This document shows, piece by piece, positions 60,099 to 64,000 of a DNA stretch of 64,000 nucleotides. A program made the translations under genes and the position numbers. This stretch comes from Leucoraja ocellata (taxonomy: Eukaryota). The stretch spans positions 992,001-1,056,000 of the forward strand of contig JAWMAR010000030.1 in the NCBI GenBank assembly GCA_036785375.1, given 5' to 3'. Position 1 is the first letter of the stretch; the number at the start of each line of letters is the position of its first letter. Under the pieces are notes generated by a model, which saw nothing but the letters and a program-made list of their open reading frames with translations, had not been told where the DNA came from and searched no databases.

Positions 60099-60984
60099 GC
60101 AGCAGAGCCAATGTTTTATAAAGGCTCTTTGTGATTTTATGATTTTTGTTCTCTATACCCATCAGTTTAAACCTCAAATGTCTTGTGCTTTTATATCCCC
60201 TTTCTCAATTTAACCTGCGACTTTCAATAATGTACAGGCGTTCTAGAGATCTCTGCATTCCTGTGCTCTTTTTTGAAACTGTGTCTCTTACTTTATTTCC
60301 ACAAAATCGAAGGCTGCATGCATTCAAGAAACCCTGTACATCTTCTGTGGGCACCTTGGCTGACAAAGTAAAATATGTTTAAAGTGCCAGAGAGTGGAAA
60401 CACGGCAGGAAATGAATGGTAAATACTCTCCAGTGACTTAAACCATCAATCCATCTTCTTCCTGCCAAATAAGCAGAATTAAAATCATCCCTTTAGAGAT
60501 CCAACAATATTAATTACAATTGTAAATCTTGTCCACCATTTGCTGTCTTTGATCCAAGATCAGTGGGACTAGCTGACAGTCTAAGCTAATCAGTCTGAAA
60601 TTATTGCCAATAAGTTTTATAAAGTCATCAGAGGCTGGCATCAAATGCTATTTTAAACTAAATTGTGAGAATACAATTTGGGATTTTTGCAAGATAAACT
60701 GGAGTTAACAGCATGATTATATGCATTTGCTGTTACAGCAAGATCTTTGCCTGAATTAACAAATAGCCAGTGTCAAGCTAGCTAAATGTGCACTGAGATG
60801 GCCAACTTTAATTTTGTGGGCTCAATTTCGCTGAATTTAGCTTTTAGTCTTGTGAAAAGAATGATACTAATAGAAACCGTAAAGGGGCATGTCCCACTGT
60901 ACGAGCTAATTCAAGAGCTCTCCCGAGTTTAAAAAAAAAACAAACTCGTGGTAAGCACCTAGAATGTACGTGGCGGGTACGCTT

Positions 60985-61310
60985 AGCTTAAAGATACAAC
61001 ATAGACCCAGGCCCTTTGGCCCATTTTGTCCACATGAGCCTTCAGTCACACATTCACAGCAGTTCTCTGTTATCCCATTTTCTCATCTAGTTCCTACTCA
61101 TTAGGGGGCAATATGCAGAGGCCAATTAACCTACAAATCCATGTGTCTTTTGAGATATGGGAGGAAATGAGCACACAGATGAAACCCACGTGGTCACAGG
61201 GAGAACATGCAAACTCCACACAGACAGAGCCGGAGGTCAGGATCGAACCCAGGTCTCCGGCGCTGCAAGCGCTGTAAGGCAGCAACTCTACCGCTGCGCC
61301 ACCGTGGCCG
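60985..61310 (-). mobile_element. HE1-like SINE
   Basis: ggatcgaaccc B-box, ggagaacatgcaaactccacac core, ctaccgctgcgccaccgtg 5' end. Confidence 0.8.
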
Positions 61311-62934
61311 TCTTTACTAATCTTTCATTCTTGGTAACAGAAACCTAAATGGCAATTTTATTTTTGTCAACAAATTTCAGCCATATTTTCTGTAATACTC
61401 TGATTGCTTTAAATGTAACTTTAAAATTTACTGCCCCAACTTTTTCCGTGTTATGGTTAGTTCTAAATGCAACAAGGTATGCTCTATGAATTTTACCAAC
61501 TACTTTGGAAAGCATGCATTCATATAGATGTCTGATATCTTCAACTTCATATGGTTTATACAAATGATGGAGTAACAAAATGATTGAAAGTAATAATTCT
61601 GAGAAATATGCAAAGATCAAACCCCCTTAATCCAGGACATCTGGGACCACATTTTATAACAGTACAACAAGATAAGCATCTAGACAGCACAAGTATATTG
61701 ATGTGAACCAAAGAATTAAATATGCTCATACAAAGAATGTATATTAATATACCAGTGAATGTTAGACAATGTATGGCCTATGAAGCAATTTGGCACACAA
61801 TATTATTCCTTTACTGTGTTTAATCTGAGTTGCATTAACGGACTTAGATTCCAGAAAATGTCTGTGATGAACATTGCCAGATATTGTATATAACCCTTAG
61901 GGCTTTTTCTGGTCTGAATACAAGACATTCAACACTGATAATGCCGAAACATTCCAATAACTTCAAAAAAACAATCTGGCAAGAGTAAAACTGCTTACAA
62001 TTATGTGTCATAAGTTCATCTTATCTTACAGTCTTCTGTCACTCATATTGCATCTGTTATTACTGCTGCCTCCAACATTTGACTATTGCAACACGACAAA
62101 AACAACAAAAATCTAAACGACAACTGCAGAATCAACATATTTATCCTATGGGTATTCCTGACATTTTGCAGCCGATAATGAAGATAGTGCAAACTAATAA
62201 AAATAATTCAGCACCAGGTAACCTGCTGCAAGTTAAAACAAGCTATATTTCAAAGAAGGGATTCTCATGACACAAACCAAAAGAGCAATTTGCATGATTT
62301 ATTCGTTTAGTTTTAACAAATTTAATGCTTACCTTTTAGTCTAAAACTTTGCTCAACTATACGATGTAAGGTTTTTTTTGAAATATGGCGAATGCAAGCA
62401 GTATAAGCATTTAAGAAGAAGTTGTACTCTCTGTCAGACTAGATACTTCTATGAAGTATTTGCGATTTACATTCCAATATCAAGGTTAAAATATTCTTAG
62501 GATATTTTTAAACAACTGATATAATATATTTGCCCAAGTGTCTATTTATTTCAATGTGGTTCCTCTGACCAGTTCACTGAAGGGCTGATACTGGTGTGCT
62601 TTGTCAGAAGTCATCTTGTGCCTTGGATAAGTTGAAGGTTTCAGTTGGCGTACAAGAGAAGACAAAACTCCTTGACCTGGATTCGCCAATGGGTTAAAGA
62701 AATGATGTTCCTCACTAATCATGAAGCAAACTCCCCGAAGATCAAGCAATCTCTGCAGCAGGAATTTCCTTTTTGCCCTGTCTGTTGCTGTCAGTCATCA
62801 GTTCAAGGGATCCCTGGAGTGAAATGGTTGTGATGTCAACAATTATGGTGAGCGTTCAATCATAATAAAAAGTTTCATATTGTTTTGACATGTACCATTA
62901 AAGCAGGTACTTTGGCCAAAATGAGTCTACTTCT

Positions 62935-63142
62935 ATGTTATCCCACTTTCTCATCCACTCCCTACACACTTGGGGCAATTTCCAGAAGCCAATTAACCTA
63001 CAAACCTGTCTTTGGCATGTGGGAAGTAAAACCATGTGGTCATAGGGAGAACATGCAAACTCACACAGACAGCAGAAGTTGGGATCGAACCCGGGTCTCT
63101 GACGTTGTGAAGCAGCAACTCCACCAGCATCACCACTGTGCA
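62935..63142 (-). mobile_element. HE1-like SINE, partial
   Basis: gccaattaacctacaaac..ggagaacatgcaaactc..gggatcgaacccggg. Confidence 0.75.
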
Positions 63143-63774
63143 ACTCATGACCTCACATAGAGCATACCAGGGAACAACTTATAATTAACATTTAAGTCTA
63201 TATACACTGTTGAACAAGGCTTACAAAATATATCTGATCAGCGCAGAAACTAAAATATTGCAAATAGACTTTCTAAAAGGAATACAGAATAGTACTTGTA
63301 AAATTCTTTATATTTTAAAATACGTATGTGAGGAAAGTGTAATCCAAATACTTCAAATTAATCTTGTGTGTGAAATAGATTGCTCAGTGGTAAATATGGC
63401 TCAACAGATGAATAAATCTCGTAGGTCTTATAGAACAAACTATTGCTGGGATATATTACTGCGGGAAGAATTCATAAATAAACATTAATTCCAGAGATCT
63501 CTTAAATGCAATGCAGAAGGTTGCAGAAAACAGAGCCTGGAAGAGCACCAAGAGTTTTGCTGTCATCTCCACAGTAAAACTTAGACCATTATTTCTGACA
63601 GCTGAACTGCTCACAAAAACTTCATTCCAGCAAAAACTTCTGTACCCATTGTCTTACAGTGTGAATCGACCAAAATTCAGACACTGGCCTAGATTTTGCA
63701 GTCAGTGGCAAACAGAAGGCAGACGTCATTCGATGTGCTTATGCTTGCACTTGCCCGTGGGCTTAGAGTTGGAC

Positions 63775-64000
63775 AGTCATACAGGGCGGAAACAGGCCCT
63801 TCGGCTCAACTTGCCTATGCAAGATGCCCCATCAACACAAATCCCGCCTGCCCATGTTTGGCCCATAGTCCTCCAAAGCTTTCCTTTCAGTGTACCTGCC
63901 CAAACATCTTTTCGATGTTGTTATAGTCCCTAAATCCTCTGGCAGCTTGGTCCATATACCCACCACACTCTGTGTGGGGGAAAAACGTTGCTCCTCGGGT
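63775..64000 (-). mobile_element. CR1/HER1-like LINE 3' end (runs off window)
   Basis: ggaaacaggcccttcggc..cctctggcagcttg..ccaccacactctgtgtg. Confidence 0.7.

Overview
Eukaryotic, AT-rich vertebrate DNA. The repeat content (HE1-type tRNA-derived SINEs, CR1/HER1-type, Rex1/Babar, L2 and RTE LINE fragments, Penelope-like elements) points to a cartilaginous fish, probably a skate or ray (inference). The window holds one complete gene, znf503 (NET/Nlz family; + strand, 2 coding exons 35660-35890 and 36262-37725, 564 aa). It also holds the first two small coding exons of the head-to-head neighbour lrmda/C10orf11 (- strand, 29208-29258 and 17473-17573), which the ORF track misses. Between and around the two genes lies a ~12.4 kb region with no recognisable transposons and with Pbx/Hox/Meis/TCF motif clusters, consistent with a developmental genomic regulatory block. 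Outside it the sequence is dense with nested retroelement debris. The most unusual observations are: (1) a highly diverged ~50-51 bp tandem array downstream of znf503, split by younger TEs, whose best-kept positions spell forkhead, E-box and TAAT motifs; (2) a young Penelope-like insertion with a perfect 199-bp inverted repeat, a target-site duplication, a GIY-YIG C-terminus and minimal hammerhead-ribozyme-like cores; (3) an isolated 41-bp-stem hairpin; (4) upstream/overlapping uORFs ahead of znf503. No prokaryotic-type system (CRISPR etc.) is present. TE boundaries are by eye and approximate.
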